A program made the translations under genes and the position numbers. From Longimicrobiales bacterium (GTDB lineage Bacteria > Gemmatimonadota > Gemmatimonadetes > Longimicrobiales > Gaopeijiaceae): DNA of 64,000 nt. The DNA is taken from assembly GCA_965219445.1 (NCBI GenBank), contig CBDCNQ010000005.1:800001-864000 (forward strand), given 5' to 3'. This document shows, in pieces, positions 46,901-55,358 of the stretch. Numbering within the stretch: the first letter of the stretch is position 1; every line of letters begins with the position of its first letter. The notes beneath the pieces are model-generated. The model was not told where the DNA came from, did no database searches, and saw nothing but the letters and a program-made list of their open reading frames with translations.

Positions 46901-47398
46901 GCCGACATGCCGGCCCTCGATCAGTCGATCGAGGCGATCTACGCCGAAACGCTCTTCCATGGCCCCGCCATGCGTGGACTGCTGGACGTCGAGAGTTGCG
47001 GGGACGCCGGGCTGGTGGCGCGCTGCAGGGTGGCTCCGCCTCCGCAGGACTGGATGGAGGAGCCCGTGCGGAGCCGATGGATCGCCGATCCGCTCGCGTT
47101 GGACAGTGGTTTTCAGGCGATGATCGTATGGACTTCCGACCGTGTGGGTGAATTGTCGTTGCCCTCACGATTCACGCGCTACCGCCAGTTCGTGCCCTCG
47201 TTCCCCGAGGAGGGGGCGCGCATCGTCATCGACGTGCACGAACGACGGAACGGCAAGGTCGTTTCCGATATCGATTGGATCGGCGATGACGGAAGCTTGC
47301 TGGCCCGCCTCGAGGGCTACGAAGCCGTGGTCGACTCTTCCTTGAGCAAGGCGTTCCGTCACAACCGACTCGACGAGAGCGCACCGACGAAAGCGTAA
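40967..47398 (+). CDS. pfaA: PUFA synthase PfaA: KS-MAT-ACP-ACP-KR-DH
   Basis: DSACASS/HGTGT/GHTKAAAG (KS), GHSYG and AFHS (AT), two LGIDSIKRVEI ACPs, TGGARGVT and YAAGN (KR), HVLAGRAVLP (DH); TTG start overlaps the pfaD stop. Confidence 0.95.
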   Translation: MSDRNEDRAAAPSPIAIVGMSCLFPGASSLEEYWANVRDGVDAITDVPASHWSVGDYFDADPKAPDMTYGRRGGFLDAVDFDPMAFGISPRDLEATDSTQLLGMHVARQALWDAGYGANGRDFDRERTSVILGVSGTLPLVIPLGARLGHPIWRQALAEAGVDPETSDDVIARIADGYVPWQENSFPGLLANVVAGRIANRLDLHGTNCIVDSACASSLSAVHLASLELEAGRADMALSGGLDTFNDIFMYMCFSKTPALSESGNAQPFDQDADGTILGEGVGVMALKRLADAERDGDRIYAVIKGLGSSSDGKGQAVYAPSPEGQARALRAAYRNAGVTPDTVGLVEAHGTGTVVGDATEARGLASVYEDSGREGSWCALGSVKSMIGHTKAAAGAAGLIKAVMALHHKTLPPTIKVGKPNKAVTPGETPFYVNTSKRPWLPESDHPRRAGVSAFGFGGSNFHCVVEEYESRANVVDWDGRDQIFAFSAENREALVSRLKDFDVGSEWAEIRGRAAETREDFDASHEVRLLMVVERGGKAPADLIALALARLEDAQSAWSLPQGVFFGSGSTTGTWAACFPGQGAQYVGMLREIICRFPAAADTLATAAEATPGLVDKLYPHPAFEDDARAEQEAELRATQTAQPALGAVSLGALRVLEQFGLAPDATIGHSYGELVALCAAGRIGPAELNELSRLRGELMTLGEGDHGSMLAVATESDRVQALVLEHDLDLVIANHNGPRQVVLSGVTDEIDRAKAILSGERLRSKKLPVSAAFHSALVAEAAAPFADALKGVKLKKSAVPVYANTTGTKYPATLAGARRVLSKQLVSPVDFVQGVKRMFDDGIRTFVEVGPGRRLSGLIGEILAGEEITVVAVDASSGQRRGLVDLARMLAQFAASGHAVALDRWDEGALEAWRREAAREKPALTVKISGANHVAERPKRPPRAAAPALAPAAAGQASSAPLPAVEPAVPVTSDPQVLADAVRASQESLAALVRLQEQTAEVHRQFLESQERTIQAIIQHQGAEAPLEAPTDAPLEAPVEALLEARPEASVEAVSGVAEALLEVVSEKTGYPEEMLDLSMGLDADLGIDSIKRVEILSALQERLPEAPAITPEHLGEIQTLGQIVDFLDGSAETSTSGGNASNGTGVVSPTDDVVAEEVSSVVAETENGVIAETENRAITETTNGVAAETLNDVVLETLNDVVAETSNGAGDAPDIAEILLELVAEKTGYPVDMLDVSMNLDADLGIDSIKRVEILSALQEVLPEAPVVAPDQLGELRTLSQIVDLLSSEAASIPASSSPDPPEHVVDRGIRGLSTSNGVERFIPTLHPVQGTGNPIGLPAGSKIWVTKSGDVLSGQIVEELSAQGFAAEEIELSEKGHDPPDELAGLIVVVPPQVTDEDILFGFGRMRAMAPVLRRAALQGGALLCSVTALGGGFALDAPPPEDVDPTGGAWGGMLKTAAAEWTDVNCRTIDVDPAREGLAAEIVRHALSQGPVEIGLGPDGPQTVVLERRSVEPGGGTTFPGSDDTVLITGGARGVTAEVAVAMAEAGQPRLILMGRSPEPEKEPDWLIGLNSEAEIKRAILTHVGPSITPQEVQAKFNRIRAGREIRRTIERISKAGSEVAYRSADVRDADAVRHTIAPLVEEYGPVTGLLHGAGVLADRSIEDKSDEDFARVYGTKVGGLRSVLKAIGESPLKAMVLFSSSTARFGRRGQADYAAGNEVMNKVARVEAARRDGCRVVSVNWGPWDGGMVTPGLRTIFADEGIEVIDMDSGAAYLLDEIADTDGPAEVLILGSGSQIPEVGTPAVSRGNGVDTSANGSDRSGTRATEQGIGAPESGAESGAAEASIVELPTVFERTITTDTHEFMTSHVLAGRAVLPAVMILEWLAHGALHGNPGLRFVGVDDLRVFKGVLVHPKESLRVRVCADKAKKRGDEFLVVAELCSGGSNGRRVLHARASVALAAKQPDAGTARVSADMPALDQSIEAIYAETLFHGPAMRGLLDVESCGDAGLVARCRVAPPPQDWMEEPVRSRWIADPLALDSGFQAMIVWTSDRVGELSLPSRFTRYRQFVPSFPEEGARIVIDVHERRNGKVVSDIDWIGDDGSLLARLEGYEAVVDSSLSKAFRHNRLDESAPTKA
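44045..44140 (+). repeat. Eight degenerate 12-bp coding repeats (EAPx) before ACP1 of PfaA
   Basis: gaggcacccctc gaagcgcccacc gacgcacccctg gaagcgcccgtc... Confidence 0.75.
44432..44599 (+). repeat. Seven degenerate 24-bp coding repeats (xVVAETxN) between ACP1 and ACP2 of PfaA
   Basis: Units such as gatgtcgtcgcggagacgtcgaac in tandem at 24-bp period. Confidence 0.85.
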
Positions 47399-47403
47399 CC
47401 TGC

Positions 47404-50400
47404 ATGCCCGAGCCGATCGCTATCGTCGGACTCGGAGGAGTGCTCCCCGGCGCCGCAACGCTCGACGAATTCTGGAGTGTTGTTGAGGCGGGGGTGGACA
47501 CGGCCTCCGATCCACCTCCCGGCCGCTGGTGCCTCGATCTCGAGCGTGCCTATTCGAAGGACCAAGCACAGCCCGATCGTGTCCACTCTCGGCGTGCCTG
47601 CTTCGTGCGCGACTTCGAGTTCGACGTCCAAGGATTCGACCTCCCACGAGAGTTGGTGGAATCTCTCGATCCCATGGTGCACCTCGCGCTTCACGCGGGA
47701 CGGGAGGCTTGGCGGGATTCGGTAACGGAGGCGGTCGATCCCGCCCGCGTTGGCGTGATGCTGGGCAACATCGTCCTTCCCACCGCCTCGGCCTCGGCGA
47801 TGGCCGATTGGATTCTCGGACGGCGCTTCGAACGAGAGCTCTTCCGAGCGGCGGGTGTGCCAATGCCCCCTGAGACCCGGGCACCGGTGTCCGCGATAAA
47901 CCGATGGGTTGCGGGCCTCCCGGCGGCGATGCTTGCCAGAGGGTTGGGATTCGGAGGCGATCGATTCTGCATCGACGCCGCCTGCTCATCGTCGCTCTTT
48001 ACGGTGGAACTCGCCGTAGACGCTCTGCGCCAGGGACGCCTCGACGCCGTACTCGCCGGCGGACTGTCTCGGCCGGATTCGCTCTACACGCAGATGGGCT
48101 TTTCGCAGCTGCTCGCCGTCTCGCCAACGGGCCGGTGCTCTCCATTCGACCGCAAGAGCGACGGCCTGGTGGTGGGAGAGGGTGCCGGCGTCCTCGTCCT
48201 GAAGCGTTTGTCGGACGCCCGGCAGCAAGGCGACCGAATCCGCGCAGTCATACACGCCGTTGGGCTTTCGAACGACGTCGAGGGCAGTCTCCTCGCTCCC
48301 AGCCAGGAGGGCCAACTGCGCGCCATGCAGGGAGCTTACCGAGCCGCCGGGTGGATGCCCAGCCAAGTGGATATGGTCGAGTGCCACGCGACGGGCACGC
48401 CGGTCGGAGATTCGGTCGAGTTCGCGAGCCTTCGGGCACTCTGGACAGAGGAGGAGTACGAGCCGGGCCGGTGTGTGATCGGGTCGGCCAAGTCGAATAC
48501 GGGCCATCTGCTCACGGGAGCCGGAGCCGTCGGGCTTCTCAAAACGGTGCTGGCGATGGAGAACCAGGTTCTCCCACCCACCGCCAATTTCGAGCAGCCC
48601 GGGGAAAAGATCGACCTGGATGGAAGTCCCTTTCGTGTGCTCGCCGCGGCCGGTCCGTGGACGTCCCCCCCCGCTCATCCGCGGCGGGCGGCCGTCAGCG
48701 GATTCGGCTTCGGTGGGACCAACGCCCACGTCCTACTCGAGGAGCCGACGGAGCCGGCCCGGGGACGATCGGCGGTCAGCGTCACGGAGCCATCTCACGA
48801 GGCCACCACGCCAGCTCGCGAGGTCACGGCGCCGCACGAGACGGGGGCGGCGGACGTGGCGATCGTCGGAATGGGAGCCCGGGTCGGCCCGTGGAAAAAC
48901 GTCGTTGAGGTCGCAGACCGGTTGATGGGCCGAGGCGAAGATCATCCCGCCCGGGCCAAGGTCAATCACTGGGGTCTTCCGGATGCTCCCGTCGGGTGGT
49001 TCATCGAGGAGCTCGAGATTCCAATTGGTCGCTTCAAGATCCCGCCTCGGGAGGTCGAAGAGGCCCTTCCCCAACAGATGCTCATGCTTCAGATAGCGGA
49101 GCATGCGATCGCGGACGCGGACCTCAACCGGGTCGATCGCCTCCGGACCGGCGTCTTCATCGGGGTCGAGCTCGACCTCAACACGACGAACTACCACCTT
49201 CGTTGGGCGGTGCGGTCGCGTGCCGCCGATTGGGCGGCGCAGCTCGGACGCCACACACACGGGGAGGAGTTTGACCAGTGGGTGGACGAGCTGTGTGACT
49301 CGCTCACGCCCGCGCTCAACGCGAACCGCACCATCGGCGGCCTTGGTTCGATCGCGGCCAGTCGGATCGCCCGAGAGTTCGGACTGGGCGGACCCAGCTA
49401 CGTGATATCGAGCGAAGAGACTTCGGGGCTTTCCGCCCTTTACGCCGCATCTCGCGCACTCCAACAGGGACGCATCGATTGCGCCGTCGTTGGGGCAGTA
49501 GACTTGGCAGGCGACGTGCGTGCCATGATCTCGCGCGCGAGCATGGACGGATCGGCCACGCCGAGCGACGGTGCCGTGGCACTCGTGCTGAAGCGCCCTC
49601 CGGACGCCGAGCGCGACGGCGACCGGGTGTACGGGATCGTCCGAGCGGTCGGGAGCGCCGGCGGCGATTCGACAGCGCCCGATTCGGACTCTCCCGATCT
49701 GCATGGTTCCATCAGGGCGGCGATTCACAGAAGCTGCGAGTACGCCGAGGTCGCCTCCGGAGACATCCCCTACGTGGAGGCGCACGGCTGGGGAATCGCA
49801 GGCTGGGACCCGGCGGAAATGACGGCGCTTTCCAAGGCTTTAGGCCCGGACACCGTGCTCGGCTGTACGAAAGCCCATGTGGGGCACACGGGAGCCGCGG
49901 CCGGCCTCATGTCCGTGCTGGGTGCGACGCTCTCGCTGTACCGGCAGGTCCTGCCCGCCGCCCCGGGCGGCAGCGCCGGTGCGCTCACCGCACTGGACGA
50001 CCCCACACCCTGGGTTCGCGACCGTGTCGACGGGCCGCGCCGGACCGGGGTCCTCGCGGTCTCGCGTGGCGGCTCGTGCTCCCACGTAATCGTGGAGGAG
50101 CCCGGAGTGGGAGCCGCGGCCAAGTCGCTGAAGAGCCCCGCCAACGCGCCGCTCACGTGGCCGGGCGATCTTCCGCTGGGTGAGGGGCTCTTCGTCGTCG
50201 AGGGAGACGACACCGAGGAAATCGTGGCGGGTCTACGGATCCTCACCGACGCGGCGACCACCCCGGTGGTGGTGGCGGCGCCCATCCACCGCCTCGCGAA
50301 GGAGTGGTGGCTAGACCACCCCAATCGCCCCGATGCCCCGCTCGCCATCACCCTGATCGCCCGGGATGCCAGCGAGCTGGGGGGCCTGGCTCGTTCCGCC

Positions 50401-53400
50401 GCAGACCGGCTCCAGCGGGGCGACGACCCATCGGATCGTAGCGCCGGCCGCGTGTCCTTCTCACGGGACCCCCTCGGACCGAAGGGAGAGTTGGCCTTCG
50501 TGTACCCCGGTTCAGGAAGCCAATACGCAGGCATGGGACGCGAGCTCTGTCTCCAGTGGCCCCAGATCCTGCGTGCTCAGGACCCCGCGAACGAACGACT
50601 GAGGTCGCAACTCAAAGCCTCCGAGATCTGGGGAAGCGCATCCGACACCAAGGACGCCAGGACGGTCGTTCTCTCGCAGGTCGCGTTCGGCACGATCACG
50701 ACGGACCTGATGGCGGGGTTCGGCGTCCGACCCCAGGCGGTCGTAGGCTACTCGCTCGGAGAAACCGCCGGCCTGTTCTCGCTGGGTGCCTGGCATGAGC
50801 GGGACGAGATGCTCCGACGTGTGACCGACAGCGAGTTGTTCGTCAGCGATTTGACCGGACGCTGTAACGCCGCGCGGAAAGCCTGGGGCGTCGCTGACGA
50901 CGCGGCGGTGGAGTGGAGCGTGGGCGTGGTGGAGACACCCGCCGATCGGGCACGGGAGGTCATCGCGGAGCTCGACCGAGTCTACTTGCTCATCGTCAAC
51001 ACTCCGGACGAATGCGTGATCGGGGGCGACCGGTCGGCGGTGCAGAGGGCCGTTGAAATGCTCGGATGTCCTTTCCACTCCCTCGAAGGCGTCACCACAG
51101 TCCATTGCGAGGTCGCCAAGGCGGTAGCGGAGGAGTACCGCGACCTCCATGTGTTGGACACGCGGCGGCCGGAGGACACGCGTTTCTACAGCGGGGCGTG
51201 GGGCGAAGTGTACGAGGTGGATCAGGACCGGGCGGCGGACTCCCTCTTGGCCCAGGCGATCCACGGAGTGGACTTCCCGAAGACGGTGCGCCAGGCGTAT
51301 GACGATGGCGTGAGAATTTTCTTGGAGATGGGCCCGGGCGGATCGTGCACCCGGATGATCCACAAGATCCTCGACGGTGTCCCGTTCCGCGCACGCTCGC
51401 TCTCCTCTTCCACCCAGGATGAGCCCTCCGCGGTCCTCCGGGCACTCGGCATGCTCATCGCGGAGCGCGTTCCGGTCGATCTGGCGCAACTCTACCCGGA
51501 GGGGAGGCGGGCGGAGGACGAGTCAGGCCCTTTCACTCGGATTTCCGTCGGGCAGGCGAGCTTTGGGGCCTTGCCCCTCGCGCCGCAAGGCCCGCCCCAG
51601 GTCCCTCTTGCGCTAGAGGCGGGAGCCATACGATTCGACTCGGGCGTCATACCATTGGACTCGGGAGCCGTTTCGGCTGAACTGAGCGAAGCCGTCCGGG
51701 CCTCCGAGGCCACGATCCGGGCCCATGAGGCCTATCTGCGAGCTGCGCAACGGACGCAGGAGCTCGCTCAGGGAGAATACGCCAGGCAGCAGGAACTGAT
51801 TCGGGCACTCTCGGGCGATGGTGCTGCCCTCGCCGTCGGTGGGGCTCCGGGTACGACCGTCTCAACGAGCCAGCCCTCTGCCCCGACGTTCACGATGGAT
51901 CGTGACCAGCTCATGGAGTTCGCCGTCGGATCGATCGGCCGGGCCCTTGGGGAGCGCTTCGCTCACGTAGACCATCATCCGACCCGGGTTCGTCTTCCGG
52001 ACGAGCCGCTCATGCTCGTCGACCGTATCACGAATATCGAGGCGGAGCCCCAATCGATGACATCCGGGCGCGTCATGACCGAGCATGACGTCCTCGAGGA
52101 CGGGTGGTATCTCGACGGCGGGCGACTCCCAACGTGCATCGCCGTGGAGGCGGGCCAAGCCGACCTTCTTCTGTCGGGTTACCTCGGGATCGACTCTCAG
52201 ACCAAGGGCCTGGCCGTATATCGCCTTCTCGACGCGGTGGTCAGCTTCCATTCCGCGCTTCCGCGTCCCGGACAGGTCATCCAATACGACATTCGTATTC
52301 TCCGATTTTTCCGGCAGGGCGATACTTGGCTCTTCCGCTTCCAGTTCGACGCCACGGTGAACGGCCGACCGCTCCTGACGATGCGCGAAGGAACGGCGGG
52401 TTTCTTCACTCAGGGTGAGCTCGAGGCAGGCAGAGGGATCGTCCGGAGGGGCATCGACGAGCAGGATGTGACTGGAAATAGGCCCGACGACTGGCAGGAG
52501 TTAGCGCCGATGGCAAAGGAGGCCCTCGGCGAAGAACGACTGGCGGCGCTTCGTGCGGGTGACCTGGTTGGCGCGTTCGGAGAGGACTTTTCGGATCTGG
52601 GTGTCGCCCGGCCGCTTACCATCCCGGGAGAACGCATGCAGCTGGTCCACCGCGTCACCGCACTCGACCCCCGGGGAGGGCGGTACGGGATCGGCAGCAT
52701 CGTAGCGGAAGCGGATATCCGTCCGGACGACTGGTTCCTGACGTGCCACTTCTCCGACGACCAGGTGATGCCGGGCACCTTGATGTACGAGTGCTGCCTG
52801 CATACGCTCCGCATCTTCCTCCTGCGCATGGGCTGGATCGCGGAGGATGAGAGCGCGACGTGGCAGCCCGTCGTCGGCGTCAAGAGCCGACTTCGGTGCC
52901 GGGGCCAGGTGCTCCCCTCCACGAAGAGGGTCACGTACGAGATCCATCTGCGTGAGCTGGGCTATCAGCCGGAGCCGTACGTGATGGCCGACGCCCTCAT
53001 GTACGCCGATGGAAAACTGATCGTGGAGATCCGCGACATGTCTGTCCGTCTGACCGGCACGGACCGGCAGAAGCTCGAAGGGATGTGGGCCCAGCGAAGC
53101 CCGGGGCGAGACGCGGCGCCTGTTAGCATCGAGTCCCCTCCGATCCTCTATGACAAGCAAAGCATCCTCGCGTTCGGTAGCGGCAAACCCTCCGAGGCGT
53201 ACGGAGATCTGTACCGTGTCTTCGACCAAGGAGAACGCCGCATCGCACGGCTGCCCCGCCCTCCGTACCAGTTCCTGGATCGGATCTCGGCGGTCGAGGG
53301 GGAGCCGTTCGTGATGCAGGCGGGCGCGAGCGCAACCGCCCACTTCGACGTGCGTCCGGATCATTGGTACTTCGGGAGCAATCGCCAGCGTGAAATGCCG

Positions 53401-54282
53401 TTTTCCGTCCTCCTCGAGGTGGCGCTCCAGCCGTGCGGATGGCTGGCCGCCTACGTGGGCTCGGCTCTGACGTCCGAGGATGATTTGCGATTCCGGAACC
53501 TCGGTGGAGACGCGATCCAGCTGGCGCGCCTGACGGCCGCCGCCGACGTGATCACGACGCGAGTGAATCTGACGGGTGTATCCGCATCGGGTGGCATGGT
53601 CATCCAGCATTACACTGTGGCCCTGGATAGCGAGCGCGTCGGGCCCCTCTACGAGGGCTCCACATACTTCGGCTTCTTTTCCGATCAGTCCTTGGCGGAT
53701 CAGGTAGGTATCCGCGACGCGCCGATTCACGAGCCCACCCTCGCCGAGAGGGACAGAGGCGGTAGCCTGGTGATGCCGCACACCCCGCCCTTCCCCGAAC
53801 CCTGGTTCCGCATGGTCAATCAGATCGACCTCCTCGTGGCTGACGGCGGCCCCTGCGGGCTCGGGTGGGTGCACGGCTCGATCGCGGTCGATCCGAGCGC
53901 TTGGTTTTTCGAGGCCCACTTCTACCAAGATCCCGTCTGGCCCGGCTCGCTGGGCCTCGAGGCTTTCATTCAGTTGCTCAAGGTCTACGCCGCGGACCGG
54001 TGGGACCTGGGAGAGAGCACGGAATTCGCGACGATGGCCGCTGGGGAGACTGCAGGGGGGACTGCCGGCGGGAAGGCGGCCGGAGGAGATGCGGACAGGG
54101 GGCAGCGGCACCGCTGGACGTACCGCGGACAGATCGTTCCGGGTTGCGAGCGGGTAGAGGTGTTCGCCAGCATCACGGACGTGGACGACATCCACAAGCT
54201 GGTGCGCGCCGACGGGTTTCTCAGGGTGGACGGCCGAACGATCTACACGATGAACGACTTTAGCTTGGGTGTGATCGCTTGA
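47404..54282 (+). CDS. pfaBC: PUFA synthase PfaB/C fusion: KS-CLF-AT-DH'-DH-DH'-DH
   Basis: DAACSSS/HATGT (KS); CLF lacking the catalytic Cys (SSEETSG); GYSLGE (AT); FabA-like WFLTCHFSDDQVMPG and WFFEAHFYQDPVWPG plus two pseudo-DH domains; no AGPAT domain seen. Confidence 0.93.
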   Translation: MPEPIAIVGLGGVLPGAATLDEFWSVVEAGVDTASDPPPGRWCLDLERAYSKDQAQPDRVHSRRACFVRDFEFDVQGFDLPRELVESLDPMVHLALHAGREAWRDSVTEAVDPARVGVMLGNIVLPTASASAMADWILGRRFERELFRAAGVPMPPETRAPVSAINRWVAGLPAAMLARGLGFGGDRFCIDAACSSSLFTVELAVDALRQGRLDAVLAGGLSRPDSLYTQMGFSQLLAVSPTGRCSPFDRKSDGLVVGEGAGVLVLKRLSDARQQGDRIRAVIHAVGLSNDVEGSLLAPSQEGQLRAMQGAYRAAGWMPSQVDMVECHATGTPVGDSVEFASLRALWTEEEYEPGRCVIGSAKSNTGHLLTGAGAVGLLKTVLAMENQVLPPTANFEQPGEKIDLDGSPFRVLAAAGPWTSPPAHPRRAAVSGFGFGGTNAHVLLEEPTEPARGRSAVSVTEPSHEATTPAREVTAPHETGAADVAIVGMGARVGPWKNVVEVADRLMGRGEDHPARAKVNHWGLPDAPVGWFIEELEIPIGRFKIPPREVEEALPQQMLMLQIAEHAIADADLNRVDRLRTGVFIGVELDLNTTNYHLRWAVRSRAADWAAQLGRHTHGEEFDQWVDELCDSLTPALNANRTIGGLGSIAASRIAREFGLGGPSYVISSEETSGLSALYAASRALQQGRIDCAVVGAVDLAGDVRAMISRASMDGSATPSDGAVALVLKRPPDAERDGDRVYGIVRAVGSAGGDSTAPDSDSPDLHGSIRAAIHRSCEYAEVASGDIPYVEAHGWGIAGWDPAEMTALSKALGPDTVLGCTKAHVGHTGAAAGLMSVLGATLSLYRQVLPAAPGGSAGALTALDDPTPWVRDRVDGPRRTGVLAVSRGGSCSHVIVEEPGVGAAAKSLKSPANAPLTWPGDLPLGEGLFVVEGDDTEEIVAGLRILTDAATTPVVVAAPIHRLAKEWWLDHPNRPDAPLAITLIARDASELGGLARSAADRLQRGDDPSDRSAGRVSFSRDPLGPKGELAFVYPGSGSQYAGMGRELCLQWPQILRAQDPANERLRSQLKASEIWGSASDTKDARTVVLSQVAFGTITTDLMAGFGVRPQAVVGYSLGETAGLFSLGAWHERDEMLRRVTDSELFVSDLTGRCNAARKAWGVADDAAVEWSVGVVETPADRAREVIAELDRVYLLIVNTPDECVIGGDRSAVQRAVEMLGCPFHSLEGVTTVHCEVAKAVAEEYRDLHVLDTRRPEDTRFYSGAWGEVYEVDQDRAADSLLAQAIHGVDFPKTVRQAYDDGVRIFLEMGPGGSCTRMIHKILDGVPFRARSLSSSTQDEPSAVLRALGMLIAERVPVDLAQLYPEGRRAEDESGPFTRISVGQASFGALPLAPQGPPQVPLALEAGAIRFDSGVIPLDSGAVSAELSEAVRASEATIRAHEAYLRAAQRTQELAQGEYARQQELIRALSGDGAALAVGGAPGTTVSTSQPSAPTFTMDRDQLMEFAVGSIGRALGERFAHVDHHPTRVRLPDEPLMLVDRITNIEAEPQSMTSGRVMTEHDVLEDGWYLDGGRLPTCIAVEAGQADLLLSGYLGIDSQTKGLAVYRLLDAVVSFHSALPRPGQVIQYDIRILRFFRQGDTWLFRFQFDATVNGRPLLTMREGTAGFFTQGELEAGRGIVRRGIDEQDVTGNRPDDWQELAPMAKEALGEERLAALRAGDLVGAFGEDFSDLGVARPLTIPGERMQLVHRVTALDPRGGRYGIGSIVAEADIRPDDWFLTCHFSDDQVMPGTLMYECCLHTLRIFLLRMGWIAEDESATWQPVVGVKSRLRCRGQVLPSTKRVTYEIHLRELGYQPEPYVMADALMYADGKLIVEIRDMSVRLTGTDRQKLEGMWAQRSPGRDAAPVSIESPPILYDKQSILAFGSGKPSEAYGDLYRVFDQGERRIARLPRPPYQFLDRISAVEGEPFVMQAGASATAHFDVRPDHWYFGSNRQREMPFSVLLEVALQPCGWLAAYVGSALTSEDDLRFRNLGGDAIQLARLTAAADVITTRVNLTGVSASGGMVIQHYTVALDSERVGPLYEGSTYFGFFSDQSLADQVGIRDAPIHEPTLAERDRGGSLVMPHTPPFPEPWFRMVNQIDLLVADGGPCGLGWVHGSIAVDPSAWFFEAHFYQDPVWPGSLGLEAFIQLLKVYAADRWDLGESTEFATMAAGETAGGTAGGKAAGGDADRGQRHRWTYRGQIVPGCERVEVFASITDVDDIHKLVRADGFLRVDGRTIYTMNDFSLGVIA

Positions 54283-55358
54283 GATATTCGCGTGTTGTCG
54301 TCGACCGCTTCGGATACGAGCTCGCTCCGTGTGTGGTTACGTCCGACGAATTGGAAGATCGGCTCGCTCCGGTCTACCAGAAGCTGCATGTCCAGCCGGG
54401 ACAGCTCTTCCAGATGACCGGCATTCAAGAACGTCGCTATTGGGAGCCTGGTTATTCGGTGTCCCAGGGAGCTACCGCGGCGGCGGAGCACGCGCTCCGT
54501 GACTCGCCTGTACCCGCGAGCGCCCTCGACATGTTGATCTACGCGGGTGTGTGCCGTGAGCACTTCGAGCCGGCCACGGCGTGCCACGTCGCGGCCGGCC
54601 TCCAGCGTGTGGGGCAGCTGATCGACCCGTCGGCACACGTCTACGACGTCAGCAACGCCTGCCTCGGTGTGTTGAACGGGGTACTCGACATCGCCAACCG
54701 AATCGAGTTGGGGCAGATCCGGGCGGGAATGGTGGTCAGCTGCGAGACCGCGCGAGACATCGTCGATGCGACGATCAAGCGGTTGATCGACAATCCGGTG
54801 ATGGAGGAGTTCCGGACCGCCATCGCCACGCTCACCGGCGGGTCGGCCGCGGTCGCGGTGATTCTGAGTGACGGGTCTTTCGGGGAGTCCGACCGGCGGC
54901 GCCTCCGTGGAGGCGTGGTCGAAAACGCCCCCGAGCATCACCTGCTGTGCCGATGGGGCCTGGAAACCCATCCCGATGGACAGGCGAACGGGATCGAAGC
55001 GAGCCTCCGCGAGTTCGCCAGCACCGACGCCGCAGCCGTCCTCGAGCACGGGGTCGCACTGGGGGCACGTACGTGGGACAAGTTCCTCGCGGAGATGCAG
55101 TGGCCGGTCCAGGACGTGGACCGCACGGTGTGTCACCAAGTGGGTTCAGCGCATCGGGACGTCATGCTTCGGACCATGGGCCTATCTCCCGAACACGACT
55201 TCGTGACCTATGAGTACCTCGGGAATACCGGCACAGCCGCCCTCCCCGTTGCCGCCGCGCTGGCGGACGAACGCGGATTCCTGGAGCCCGGCCACAAGGT
55301 GGGACTCCTCGGTATCGGCAGCGGCCTCAACTGCATGATGCTCGGAGTGGACTGGTGA
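54279..55358 (+). CDS. oleA: OleA thiolase-fold head-to-head acyl condensing enzyme
   Basis: EPATA, DVSNACLG, ATLTGGSAA, CHQVG, GNTG, LLGIGSGLNC; TTGA overlap with pfaBC. Confidence 0.9.
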   Translation: MRYSRVVVDRFGYELAPCVVTSDELEDRLAPVYQKLHVQPGQLFQMTGIQERRYWEPGYSVSQGATAAAEHALRDSPVPASALDMLIYAGVCREHFEPATACHVAAGLQRVGQLIDPSAHVYDVSNACLGVLNGVLDIANRIELGQIRAGMVVSCETARDIVDATIKRLIDNPVMEEFRTAIATLTGGSAAVAVILSDGSFGESDRRRLRGGVVENAPEHHLLCRWGLETHPDGQANGIEASLREFASTDAAAVLEHGVALGARTWDKFLAEMQWPVQDVDRTVCHQVGSAHRDVMLRTMGLSPEHDFVTYEYLGNTGTAALPVAAALADERGFLEPGHKVGLLGIGSGLNCMMLGVDW